A program made the translations under genes and the position numbers. The notes under the pieces were generated by a model. It had not been told where the DNA came from, did no database searches, and was given only the letters and a program-made list of their open reading frames with translations. Source: Malacoraja senta (Eukaryota). Taken from it: DNA of 64,000 nucleotides. Shown one piece after another: positions 38,101 to 51,083 of this stretch (positions are counted from its first letter, which is position 1; every line of letters starts with the position of its first letter). Location: assembly GCA_038087875.1 (NCBI GenBank), contig CM075989.1, positions 17,052,001 through 17,116,000 on the forward strand. Reading direction: 5' to 3'.

Positions 38101-39339
38101 AACTAAACGAATCTCAGTTAGATAGGACTGCAGTGTGGAGACATTTCTTCACTCAGGTGGGTGTAATTCTTTGAAATTATCCAACCCATTGTGAATGCTT
38201 AATTGTTGAGTTTATTAAAATGTGGGATAGCGAGATTTTTAGACAATAACTTATCCAAGAGGGGCTGGGATTGATCAATAAAGTGAACAAGTGCAGGATC
38301 AGCCATGATCTTGCTGAATGGTGGGGCAGGTTTGATTGATAGCAGTATATGCCTTCTACTCCTGTTCTTATATTAAAATTGCCTGCAACTCTGATATAGG
38401 ACGTTCTGGAGGGAGATCAGCGATATTGAACTGTTGGGAGGGAATATTGCCATACGCTTACTAAGATATGTGTAGAATGCTGTCCAAGGCTGAATAATCA
38501 GTGTGTAAATAGGCCTCATCTGTTCATACTCCACACTGAAGCAGCTGGTGTGGGCTGGGGTTGTATTGTAATTTCAAAATAAGATACTGCTTTGACATTT
38601 TCACATAGTCACCAATTCCAGACTGCATTTCAGCTTCATGTTTATTCAAGTGGGATAGTTGGATGAATATCTTAGAGTGCTGTGTACTCCATGTTATATT
38701 ACTGATAGAATAAGCACTGCACTGAAGGCCATTTCAAGAACGATTCCCCACAAGGTTTCTTGTTCACAAATGTTCCCCAAGCTATGAAAATAACACAAAA
38801 CTGGAAATATTATCAACTTTCGAACAGTGTCCTCAGCCACAATCTTCCTTTGCATGTCCAGGGCGTCTCATGGGCAATATTTTTCCTGTCAATGTTTTAA
38901 ATTGCAGGATCTGCCAAGATATTGCCGATTGGGCAGGCTGGTGAAGGCACAAAACGTTCTAATTGTGGATTTGCACATTGCTCAAAATTAAACAATATAT
39001 AACAAAGCAGGCAATCTCATCATAGTGTGGGATTGACTGGAAAGACATCAGTGCATTTTATTTGCTGTGCTACTTTAGCTGGTGAAAACAGTCAGCTTGA
39101 CCTGTGGGCGAGGAAAATATTTCAATGTCAAACTTGTAACGCTTCTTTTACCATCCCACCCTTAGGGTTAATGGGGCCAATCATGGAGTCTCCATTAATC
39201 TGCAGAACAAAACCCAGAGGCATAGCAAAAGAAGTAAAACTTTTGTCAGACTTCTAAATGTCTTTTGCTGAAATGTGCGTCAATACAGTGGCCATCCTGA
39301 ATATGAGTGGTTGATTCATGTGGTAGAGACGCCATTGTC

Positions 39340-39878
39340 TTTAGGACTGGTTAAAGTCACGCCTGGGAAGACGGTTTACATCGAGGTGAGCCTCGCCTCG
39401 CCTCGCCTCGTGGTTCGGAGCCCGGGTCGGTGGAGCGGCCGAAGGAGCCCGCAGCTGGGGCCAGGGTCGGCACCACGGAGGCCTCAGGAGAGGAGTTGGC
39501 AGCGTTGTGGAGAGGTCGGTGCGGCGGCCGATGATGGTGCCGACCGACGGACACGTGAAGTGGGGCGTTGGCAGCGGCGAGGCCTCGGCGGCGGCAGCGG
39601 TGGAGCCTCGCGGTGATGGGGCCTCGCGGGTCCATTTGTGGTTGACAGCTTGGAGGACCCGTCGTGGGGGGACCGCCGTGAGGGAGGGGGGAATGAACAA
39701 TGGACAATGGGGACCCAGCGAGGGGAACTGCTGGGGGGGTAGAACCAAAGGAAGAGCCGCCATGGTTTGTAACTTTGTCAGTGCCGTTGGTGGCCACTAA
39801 TTGTATATATTGGGTATGCATTGGATAAGAATTTCACTGTGCCTCGTCACATGTGACAATAAAGTATTCCATTCCTTC
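39340..39878 (+). mobile_element. GC-rich non-autonomous retroposon with GTCACATGTGACAATAAA tail
   Basis: 3' part homologous to 27150-27360. Microsatellite tail (ATTCC/ATTC)n. Confidence 0.6.
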
Positions 39879-41154
39879 CACATTTTAAATGAGAGGATGA
39901 GCATGGTGGTGTTGGAGCAATTGTATTCCTCTTCTAATGTTAATGGTTAGAAGCGACCATAACGGATATGGATATCCAGGAGTGTTGCTGTGTGGAAAAT
40001 ATTTTTCCACACAGTAATTCCACCTTGAGCTTTTCAGGAGGCTGCAGAGGTGACAGCAACAGCACAATAGTCATTTTGAGCAGAACTAGACCATTCGGCG
40101 CATCGAGTCTGCCATTCAATCATGGCTGATCTATCTTTCCCCCCTCATGATTTTGGAAAGAGAAATGGAATGAATGTTTCAGGTTCAAGATCCTTCGAAA
40201 GAACTAGGAAAGTGAGAATTATGTTAGGTTCAAGTTGCAGAGAAGGTGGTAGAGGAATGAGATTCTCTGATAGGATAAGGCCAGGTTTGCTGAGGTGAGT
40301 CCATTGTTCATGGGGCCGTCTTGTTAATTGATTAATTAGAGATGTTAGGAAACAATTAGTGGGGCAATCAGAACTTTTTTTCCCCATGATGAAAATGTCA
40401 AAAACCAGAGGGCATAGTTTTAAGGCGAGTGGGGCAAATTTTAAAGGAGATGAGTGGGGCACATTTTTTACACAGTGGTGGAGACCTGAACAGGCAACCA
40501 GGAGGCAGATGTGATAATGGCATCACATCTGCATGGAATGGAGGGATATGGATCACGTGCAGGCTGAGGAGATTAGTTGAACTTGACATCATGTTCGCCA
40601 CAGACATTGAGGGCTGAAAGGGCTGTTCCTGTGCTGCGCTGTTCTATTTTTAATGTTCCATGTTTTGCTATTCTGCAAAACAGTAAGTGTTGGGGAAAAC
40701 ATAGTGTTTCCCTCCACAGATACTGTCTGACCTGATCAACCCTTCTTCAGACTTGAATGTCGCCTGTCCATTCCCTCCGCAGATGCCGCCTGACTCGTTG
40801 AGTTCCTCCGGCAATTTGTATTTTGCTCAAGATTGCAGCATTTGCAGTCTCTCTTATCTCTATTTGCCTTTCTGCATCATATTTAATAGTGTTGGAGAGC
40901 CTGCATCAATACACACTACGTCTTAATAGGCTATTTCAATGAAATAATAAGCGTTTGATTTTTGATAAACTGCCAAAATAATTATCTGCAAACAGTGAAA
41001 TTAGCACTTTCCAAAACAGTTCAACAATCTTATTTAGAATGGGACCAGTGTCTATAATGAGGAAGCATAAGGAATAATAATTCATGACCTTTTACAACCT
41101 GTTGAAATCTATATTGACTTTTAAATAAAAACCTAACATATTTTTGCATGATTT

Positions 41155-41467
41155 AGTTTTAGTTTAGTTTAGAGATACAGCGCGGATACAGGCCCTTCGG
41201 CCCACCGAGTCCGCACCGACCAGCGATCCCCACACACTAACACTATTCTACACACACTTGGGAAAATTTACATTTGTAACAAGCCAATTAACCTATAAAC
41301 CTGTATGTCTTTGGAGTGTGGGAGGAAAATGAAGACCTCAGAGAAAACCCACGCAGGTCATGGGGAGAATGTACAGACTCCGTACAGACAAGCACCCGTA
41401 GTCAGGATCGAACCCGGGTCCCTGGCACTGTAAGGCAGCAGCTCTATTGCTACACCACCCTGCTGCC
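41155..41467 (-). mobile_element. HE1-type SINE
   Basis: Reverse complement of the same family with a (TAAAC)n tail. Other minus-strand copies at about 2817-3138, 34962-35252, 45078-45345, 61298-61580 and 62165-62260. Confidence 0.85.
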
Positions 41468-41612
41468 TTTGTTAGTTTATTTTGCTGAATCCAGCAAGCA
41501 CGGACCTGTAACCAATAGACTCCACTGTCCTAGGGTGGATCCATTTCGAATAGGCTTGAATCCCCTTTTGTTATTCTGAACGGATCTGTTTCCTTTAGGA
41601 AACACATTAAGC

Positions 41613-44128
41613 CAGGGATGGGGAACCTTTTCATGTTGGAATGCCACATTAAGAGCTGTAATCAAATAAGGCCGCATCCAAGAAACTTCAATTAGATACT
41701 GTATACTTCAAAATGTACATTATTTTGTAAAAATCTAACAACTATGTACTAACTTCAAGAAAATGAAACATTTTGTTAATTCTAAAGTTAACTAAACTTT
41801 TAATGACTTTGTTGTGACTGCTTTTTGTGGGAAAGCATTTGAATATTTGGTTGCAACATGGAGGTACGCAGTTTCAGCTGATCTTCTAGATGGGTATCCA
41901 TCATTTGTGACCTAAAGGGTGTCTTGATTTGTAGGTAGGAAAATGCAGATTCACAGCAATAAGTGGTTGAAAAGCAAGAAAGCATTTTTCGTGCATGTTG
42001 CCAAAGACGGGTATTCTATTGCATTTATCCATATCTCACGGATCTTTGTTATCGTCAAATAAGGACTTTAAAATGTCATCTTCTGAGAGCTCAATCAATT
42101 CCATTTGTAGTTCTTTAGGAGCCTTGGAGACATCAACTAGGTGAGGTTGAAATGCTAATTTGAGTGTGATGTCATGATTCTCAAAGTCAGTAAACCTTTC
42201 ATTGTATTTTTTAATTAATAAGTCTATAACAGCTGCGTATTCTTCAAATGATTCGCATGAATCCTCCTGCACATCAATGACCTTCGTTAACTGGGGAAAA
42301 TGTTCATCCGAAATTTCATTTTGAATAAGAAGAGTTTTGAAAAAAAACAACTTTTTCGAAATGCTTGGATTTTTTTGCCACATATCATATATAGACTTAG
42401 TTTTATCTTGTAATGAAACATTCAAGTCATTTTGCTTTGACATGATATCACACAGAAATGCAGTATTTCTATAGAAACCTTCTTTCAATAATTCACATTG
42501 CTGATTCTGTTCTTCATGAAATTTAACTATCTGTTCTTGCAATGATAACAAATTTGCTAACACCTGTCCCTGCGATAGCCAATGCACTTTACAATGATAC
42601 GGCAAATCCACACTGAATGCCTCATGGTCCAACTTTGGGATATTACGAAACTGACGATGCCGTGTTGCATTTGCACCAAATATAGTTAACAATACTTATA
42701 ACTTGTTGCAAAGGGTCACTTAAAATAGTAGATTTAGCACAGAGATTTTGCTGATGTAAGATACAATGAAAAGAAATTAGAGCATCTGGATCTGATAATA
42801 CCTTTTTTATCTGTGCAATAACTCTTCACGTTTTCCTGTCATGGAAGGTGCACCGTCTGTACATACACTCACCAAATTAACCAAATCCAGTCCATCTTCA
42901 TAACATTTATCTTGAAAGTTGTTGAAGGCATCTATTCCTCGTGTTCTACCCGTAAGAGTGCCCAAAGCGAGTAACTCTTCCTAGCAAAGAAAATCTTCTG
43001 TTATGGCCCGAATGAAGTATAAAACCTGCGCCGAGTCAGTATTATCAGTTGATTCATCCAAAGCGATTGAATAATATATATTTTCCTTTTGGAGTATTCT
43101 GTTACGTGAAGTTGTTCTGTTACGTTGAGGGCTAATTCATGCTGCCGATCAGTTATAGTTCTCCTTGAAAGAGGCAGTTATTTGCACTTTGAAACCTTAT
43201 CGGGGTCTAAGCATCCTCCAACTTCGACAATGCATTATTTTACGATTTCTACATCGCTAAATGGCTTCCCTTTTTTTCCCGAGTATATAAGCTACTTTAT
43301 AAGTTGCTTCAGTAGCATTATTTCTGTGTCTTACCGCTGTTTGAAATAACTGCCTTTGCCTTTGCTTTTCATCTTTTAATTTCTGCAATGCAACCTTTCG
43401 CGCCTCACTCTCTAATTTGAAATATTTGTGGTCCTTATGAGTGGCATAATGCTGATGAGCATTGAATATCTTCAATACTGATATTGCAGTATCACAAAGC
43501 AAGCAAATCATCTTATCTTTAGCAGAAACAAGATAATATTGCAGTTCCCATTCCCAATCCTCATTAAAAACTATTTTTTCTTCCCTCAGTGTTCTCTTGG
43601 TTTTCTTTGACATGATGGGCTGTTAATCAGACAGAATAAAAAAACAGTTGAACAAATACGCTGTTTAACTATTCTCAAATTCAACTTCAAACGGAAAGCC
43701 ACGTGCACCGCTATCAAAAGTTGATAATGCTGAAGACTGGACAGCCAGTGGACTCTCCCCGACATTTTCCCTCTCGTCAACCAGCCTCAGGCGGTGGTGG
43801 CGCCAGTCAGGCAGGGAGGTTAACGTACATTCTAGAGCCGCATTAGAACAAAACCATGAGCATAACAGGTGTTAAAATAGCCCCCATGACTTACTAATGT
43901 TTTAATTGTGGCCGTCAGTTGGGGAGGATTATTTTGTTGAATCTTCTTTTACGCTTTGGTATCTTAAATACGTTCATTTTAAGATGAAAATAAAAATAAT
44001 AAGACAAACAAAAACATATTAATGAAAATAAAAGGATTTGTTCTACAAAATTTGGATTCATTCAAAAGGCCGCACTTAATGGCCTAGAAGGCCGCATGCG
44101 GCTTAAGGCCGCAGGTTCCCCACCCCTG
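41613..44128 (-). mobile_element. Full-length hAT DNA transposon (Charlie/SPIN/GTF2IRD2-type), decayed
   Basis: TIRs CAGGGATGGGGAACCT / CAGGGGTGGGGAACCT (15/16). Perfect 8-bp TSD CATTAAGC at 41605-41612 and 44129-44136. Contains a transposase remnant. Confidence 0.95.
41800..43613 (-). pseudogene. hAT transposase pseudogene
   Basis: N-terminal CLLC...HY..H zinc finger, YYSIALDESTDNTDSAQV (D1), VCTDGAPSMTG (D2), FHCILHQQNLC (CxxH), HCKVHWLS, STTYCCESAFS (E, dimerization domain). Broken by frameshifts and an in-frame TAG near 42981. Confidence 0.9.
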
Positions 44129-47100
44129 CATTAAGCTTTCTCATTCCACCGGCAGTTCTCTATGAACCCAGTGCAGTATAGTAACAGATATGAAATTGGC
44201 AGGCTGCTGATAAGAAAATAGGAGTCTCAGAAACTGCCAGAGTATGCTGCTGACTACATCTCCACTGTTTTGACTGGCGTAATTATAATTTCCCTTGGAG
44301 TGTGAGACTTTTGTTTGTAACACCTACTGTGGATGATTGGTTTCCAGGGTTCTTTTTTTTCTCTTTTTTAACACGAGAATATAGCACAAACCTTGGTATC
44401 TCAACATCAAAACAGAGATGGTGATCGCGAGGTTTCGAGGGACAACCATATCGGCCTGCACCAGGGTTCCCACCCACTCAGTCTGTATGTTACTAGTGAC
44501 AATAATGAAAATGCTGTTATGGGTAAATTTGAACGATACTTGCTTTGATTTTCAGCCAATTTGCTTCTAGTTCCAGGCTGTAATAATAGGAACTGATAAA
44601 TAAATCATTAGCTCATTTAAACTAGGGAAGCATATGATAGATGTGTAGTGCCTGCCAGTAATTCCATGGCAAGGTTTTCCAATTGCTTACGCTGGTTTAT
44701 TATAAACCTTATCAGCGTGGAAAGAATAATATGCAAGGATGAATATTACAACAGACAGTCTGAGACCCTGAAGTAGTCATTCTTTCAGTTTAATTTCACT
44801 CTAAACCCAGGTTAGGTATATCCGTTGAGCTTCAGAGTAATTTTACAGCCCAACTCCAATATAAAGCTTTGACATTTTCTCAGAGAGGACTCATTTTGCT
44901 GAGACTTCTCTAGATATTAATCTTTATCTAAACACTTCAGGTGGTCAATGGATTTTAAACCATTGAATCACAGAAAATACAATACAGAGGGGCCATTTAG
45001 CCGACCATGTCCATGCTGGTTCATCGCATCTCCCTGCGCTTGGTCCATAGTCTTTAGACTTTTGATTTTGGAGAAATAGGCCCTTCCGTCACCGAGTCCG
45101 CCGAACAGCGATCACCTCGTACATTAACCTACACATAGTAGGGACAATTTTTACAATGCACTTAAGCCAATTGAGCTTCAAACCTGAACATCTTTGGAGT
45201 GTGGGAGGAAGCTGGAGCAACCGGAGAAAACCCACGTGGTCACGGGGAGAACGTACAAACTCCATACAGCTAGCACCCTTAGTCAGGATTGAACCCATGT
45301 CTCTGGCGCTGTGAGGCAGCAACTCTACCGTTGCGCCACCGTGCCAGCCTAGTTGTGCAGGTCATGGCTCTTCAAGTCCACATCCAACTGCTGTCGTAAA
45401 TATGAGAAGGACTTCTGCCTACATCATCACCCGAGGCAGCGAGGTCCAGAGCCACATCACCCTCTGGGTGCATAGAATTTCCTCTCTAATCCTTCTACCA
45501 ACTACATTACGCTTGTGCCCCCCTCATTTTGGTGCCGTACTGCTAAGGGAAATAAGCCCTTCCTGCTCACACCATCTAGGCTCCTTGTGATTTTGTTCTT
45601 CTCAATTAGACCCTTGCCTCCTATGCCTCAGTGATTCAAGAGCTCAACTAGAAACTTCTTAAATGTTGTGAGAGTTTCTGTCTCTCCACTCCTCGCTACC
45701 TCCCAAATTCCAAACATCCTCTGTGAAAAATGTCTTCTTCAGATCCCTGGCAAACCTCATACCTCTCAGCATAAAATTATGCCCTCTGTTCATAGACACA
45801 TTCTGCCACGGCAAACCAAATTCTTACTATCCACCCAATCTATGCCTTTCATAATTTTTGACATCTCCATCAGGTCCTCCCTCAGCATCCTCCAATCCAA
45901 GGGCAACAAACCCAGCATATGCAGTCTCCCCTCATCACTAAAGGCACATTCCAGGCACGCAGTGGTGACTCCCCATTACACTCTCATCATTGCAATCACC
46001 TTCTTCCATTTCACTTCTTAAGTTATGCACATTATGTCCGATGAAAGGTCATTGACCTGAAACAAAAATTCTGTTTCTCTCCCCATCAATACTACCTGAC
46101 CTTGTCTGAAGAAGGGTCTCGACCCGAAATGTCACCTTTTCCTTCGCTCCATAGATGCTGCCTCACCCGCTGAGTTACTCCAGCATTTTGACCTACCTAC
46201 TGATAATCTCTGATAGTTTTTGATTTTATCCGTGATTTCCAGCAACTGCGGTATTTTGGTTTTGAACCAGACCACCCTGAAGTCCAAAGTGTGACCCATC
46301 TCACTAACGACTTTCTATGGCTGCTTTATCGTTCTAATGCCAACCTTTTTATTAGCACACTCTCTACACATAGGACTAAAATATATATATTATTAGAAAA
46401 CAAATCCCATGGAACCACATTCTTAATGCTCAAAACACACCCAAGCAACATTCCTCCTTGCTTCATGCTCTGGGTCAGTTTTGGGTTCAATTTGTCAGTC
46501 TCTTAGACCCTGGGAGCTTTTAATTTTTTGACGTTTCTGAAGCCGCTGGAAATTATTTTATTTTATGCTGAGCTCATTTTTCCGAAGTCTTGTTTAAAAG
46601 GTGGGCTAGGAATGATTAAAGTAACAACGGATTTCATTTCGAAATGCCCTGCGGTGTAAAAGAACTCATCTATTATATGCCCCCCAAGTTCTGAAGCCTT
46701 TTCGATCAACCCACTACAATTGATTTCAATGTAAAAAAAAATCCAATACAAAAAATCTTAAAATTAGTAGGCTTTGCTTCAACTTGTATCCTCAGCTGCA
46801 AGTGAAACATCTCATCATCCTTGGCCGACTTGCTTAATTTCACGCTTTTAAACGGCTAACACATTTTTCTCAAAGTACAAGGAATGATAGAGAAAACAGG
46901 TTTAGTTCCTTTTTTGGCAGAATGAATCATTCCACCAACAGAAACTAAATGAGGTTATGATCATTTCAAGGATACTTGATCTCAATTAGTTCCTGTTAGA
47001 CCTTAACCAATGGTGCGTAAAGTGTGAAAATGTCAGGTATAAAAATAGACCAAAATTGCCACCAATTAAATAAAAAACTGCACGGCTATTTTGGCTGATC

Positions 47101-47969
47101 TACACTTGTAGTTTTGACAGGTTATAGGTTTGAATAGGCAGTTATCACATCATTTTGGTGAAGATGGGACCTGACTTGAGTTGTTTGCATCTGCAGCCAT
47201 GTTCCAGGTTTACCTTCCCTGTAGGAGTTTCATACACATGATGAGTTTTGATGACAACCTTGTAGCTATTGGGTCAAAATCAATGATGCAAACTTTTCAA
47301 TTACAGATTTATTAACTTTTATTGACATAAAGGTATTTGAACTTGTATTTTGTTGCATCACTGTTAAAATCTCTAGATTCCTAGTCCACTGCTATTTCTA
47401 TAATGGGCACATTATGTCCATCTGATACAGAAAATGCCCCTATACATTAGTAACCACTTCTCCTTGATATGCAGTGCGATCTCCATTGCAGAATCTTTCA
47501 ATAGCCCTTGCGATCACAATAAACAGGACAGGTCACAAGAACACATTGAATGGTAGGCGTTCCATAGATAGAGATCAAGAAATGAGTTTGGAAAACCTAT
47601 CAACTGTCCAGGAGGTCTGGAGGAGTACAGCAAAGATTCACCATCCAGATTCCAGAGATGGTAGAACTGACATAGCAAATTCACATGGATTTTCAAAGAA
47701 CGAAAGGGGATCACAGTGATACCTACCAAAATTCCAAGAGGACTGCATAGATTAGGTACAAGAAGGATTTTCCTGTAGCCAGTGAACCCAGAACTATGTG
47801 TCATAGTCAAAGGACCAAGGGTAAGCAATTTATGATTGAGATCAGGCCATGTTTCATCACCCAGAGAGTGGTGAACCTGTTGAAAGAAGACAAAGCCAAA
47901 TCATTAAATATATTCACAAATGAGTTCTTATGGCTGAAGGGATATAGAAACAGGATATGGAATTTGATA

Positions 47970-48189
47970 AAACGACACTAGTCCTGGAGTAACACAGCAG
48001 GTCAGGCATGATTTCTGGAGAACATGGATAGGTGATATTTCAGGTTAAGATCCATAATCAGTTTGAAGAATTGTCTTGATCCCAAACGTCACTTATCCAT
48101 GTTCTCCAGCGATGGGTCCTGACCTGCTGAGTGTCTCCAGCACTTTGTGACATTTTGTGTATTAGCAAGCATCTGCAGTTCTTTGTTTC
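47970..48189. mobile_element. Palindromic PLE-derived element
   Basis: Inverted arms. 14-bp TSD TATGGAATTTGATA (47956-47969, 48190-48203). Confidence 0.75.
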
Positions 48190-49924
48190 TATGGAATTTG
48201 ATAGATTAGTCACGATCATTTTGAATAGCACGGTACGCTCAAAGGACTGAATGGCCTCCTTCTGCTCCTATCTTTTTGTTCCTGTGACCAGCATAGGAGG
48301 AGCATTCAGGATGGCACTGGGACCCTTGTGTCCATGGGAGGCACAGAAGCCCAGGTAGACAGAGGAAGATGGGCATCACCTCCCGGACCACCCACCTCCC
48401 AGTTATGATCAGATCTCCACGGCCCCACATTGGCCTCATCCATATCCTCAGAATCCACAGAAACAGAGTGAAAGCAACTCGTCCTCAACCCTGACCTGCT
48501 GCCTGAAGAGAAGAAGAGGTTTGCATGAGATGCCTGCTTGGAAATCTGAGAACAAGTATGAGATATGGGGATATCATAAGATCATAAGAGATAGGAGTAG
48601 AATTAGGCCATTCAGCCCCTCTAGTCTACTCTGCCATTCAATCTTGGCTGATCTATCTCTCTCTCCTAACCTCCATTCTCCTGCCTTCTCTCCATAACCC
48701 CTGACACCCGTACTAATCAAGAACCACTATATGTGGGAATAGTGGTATGTGTGTGTGTGAGGGCGGTACAGGGTGTCTGCCTTTAGCTGGGAGTTGTGAT
48801 TGCATGCAGTGTGAATGTGTAATGATGGGGTGGATGACAGGTTGGATTTCAGTGACCTTGACAATATATGTGATACTTTCTTCCAGCATCACTTGCAGGC
48901 TCTGGGTTCAATGCCCCTGCTGATGCTGTTGCATTGACTTCCTGTCAGTGGCACCTCACAATGGAACCAGGAGCTCCCTGGGCCATTGAGCATTGAAAAG
49001 CTGCCTCGTATTTCCTGTCTCACTAATGTTAGGCATTCAGAGCTCTGTCTGAAACGCAGACTGCTGCTCTTATCTCTGGTGCCCACCTGAAAACCAACTC
49101 TCACCGAGCTTTTAGTTACAATTGGTTTATCTTATATATTTCTTAATTTATGGCTTATGCATTAGTCCCTTGTAAAATGAAGCTAATAAAATAACATTGC
49201 AGTACTCACTGGGATTCTGTGGAGAAGAAACAAATTGTACAAGGACCAATATATACCCTGAAACCAAGAATTCAACAGGCAATTAAGAAATGTACTTATA
49301 AATATCACTGGCTCAGGCGCCACGAAACAGGACACTACAGCATAGAAAGTGGGCCTTTATGGCCAAGTTAAGACAAAATGGCATCGGAAATGTTGCGACT
49401 CTTGTATGCTGTCTCAGTGTAATCCACTATTCCTGCACTCTACTGCTTAAGTATGATTATGCCTATATATAGTAAGATTATATTATGTATTATACTGTAA
49501 GATTATACTATTATGAATTGTATCGCAAAAAGTGCATTTAAAAGAATTTTAATGCACCTAGGTACGTGTGTCAATAACCTACCATTGAACCTTCAATTCA
49601 TCATGACTACTAGTATCTCCTCTTACCCTGTGTTTATTGGGATATTTGTTGAAATTAAATTCATCTTCATTCAATTAGGCAATTGCCATTTATTCAGTAA
49701 CAGCGAAAGTGGCGCTTTGAATAGTACAGCACAGCCTTAGCAGTAAAGTTAAGCTCACGGCATAGATAATAATAATAATAATAGATTTTATTTATATAGC
49801 ACTGGTACATTGATGGCAGGGATAGGAAATTGCCTATGTAATAGAAAATAAGGGTGGTGGTAAATGTTTACTTTATGGATGTGGTGTGGGGTGGGTGGGG
49901 GGGGGGGGGTAGTGTCAGGGATAG

Positions 49925-50995
49925 GTGATAAGGCAGTTATTTACTTTGATTGATATTAATAAGCCAGACTTTGGGCATCAACCCACAAATTCTGAATTTG
50001 TGTTTGACACAAAGCTGCATATTATTGCCAAAGGCGAAGAAGACAGTGATAAATTGCAACAGGATATAAACAGATTGGGAAGATGGGCAAATGCATGGGA
50101 GATGAAGTTTAGTATGGAGAAATGTGAGGTGATGCATTTTGATAGGAAGAATGAGGGGAGGCAATATCGAACAAAGTTCTAAAATGTGTTCAGGGACAGC
50201 AGCACCTCTGGGAATCTCAGTGTGGAAGGGAAGGTTGAGAAAGTTGAAAGACAGATACAATTTGGCAATAGATGCTATTCTGCCCTTCTGCATTCTCATC
50301 AATAGAGACATGGAATATAAAATGACACAGCTGCTGGAGTAATTCAATGGGTCAGGCAGCATCTTTGGAGAACATGGATAGGTGACATTTCGGGTTCAGA
50401 ACCAGGAATATAAAGGCAGGGAAGTCATCCCGAGCTATTATTAAATATTAGTCTGAACTTAGCTGGAGTTTTGTGTTCAAATCTGGTCACTCATTGTAGA
50501 GAAGATGAGAGGGAAATAGAGTGGGTCTGGAAAGGACTCATTAGAATAATTCCTGGGATGAAGGACAACAATTACAAGAATAGATTGGAGAGGCTGGGAC
50601 TGTTTTTTTTTTTTGGAGAAGAGAATTCTGAGGGGTGATCTAACAAAGGTATATAAAATGCTGAGAGGTCTGAAGAAAGTGAACAATGGCAGGCTGTTTC
50701 TGTTTGGTGGAAAGGTTGAAAAAGCAAAAGGGAAAAGGATGAAGAGTGACTGGAGGGGATGTCTATTTATGGAGTGTGATGGGATCTGGAATGTACCGCC
50801 AGCAGACATGATGGAGGCAGGTTCCATTAATGCCATCGGCAGGGAATTGGATGAATGCACAATGGAGAAAAATTGGCAAGGCTCTGGAGAAGAGGTGGAG
50901 GGGGGGGGGGGGTGGAAACAGTGAGTTGTGCTGACAGAGAGAGAGCACAAACACAACACAATGGGCCAAATGGCTTCCTCCTATGCTGCAACTAT
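49925..50995 (+). mobile_element. CR1 LINE 3' fragment
   Basis: LQQDINRLGRWANAWEMKFSMEKCEVMHF and EKRILRGDLTKVYKML motifs. Confidence 0.8.
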
Positions 50996-51064
50996 TCAAG
51001 GATTCTCTCCATGAACCTCGATCACGTGGACAGTGACTGACGCAGAAGGGAAATGTCTTACTAA

Positions 51065-51083
51065 TAACCAGTAGGTGGCGCTT
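51065..51083 (+). promoter_or_regulatory. Candidate CTCF site
   Basis: TAACCAGTAGGTGGCGCTT fits the core CCASYAGRKGGCRS; lies in non-repeat sequence. Confidence 0.5.

Noticed and set aside
24..50892. Frequent long poly-G/poly-C runs as functional G-quadruplexes
   Set aside because: Mostly inside repeat UTRs, and homopolymer lengths are unreliable; no specific evidence of function.
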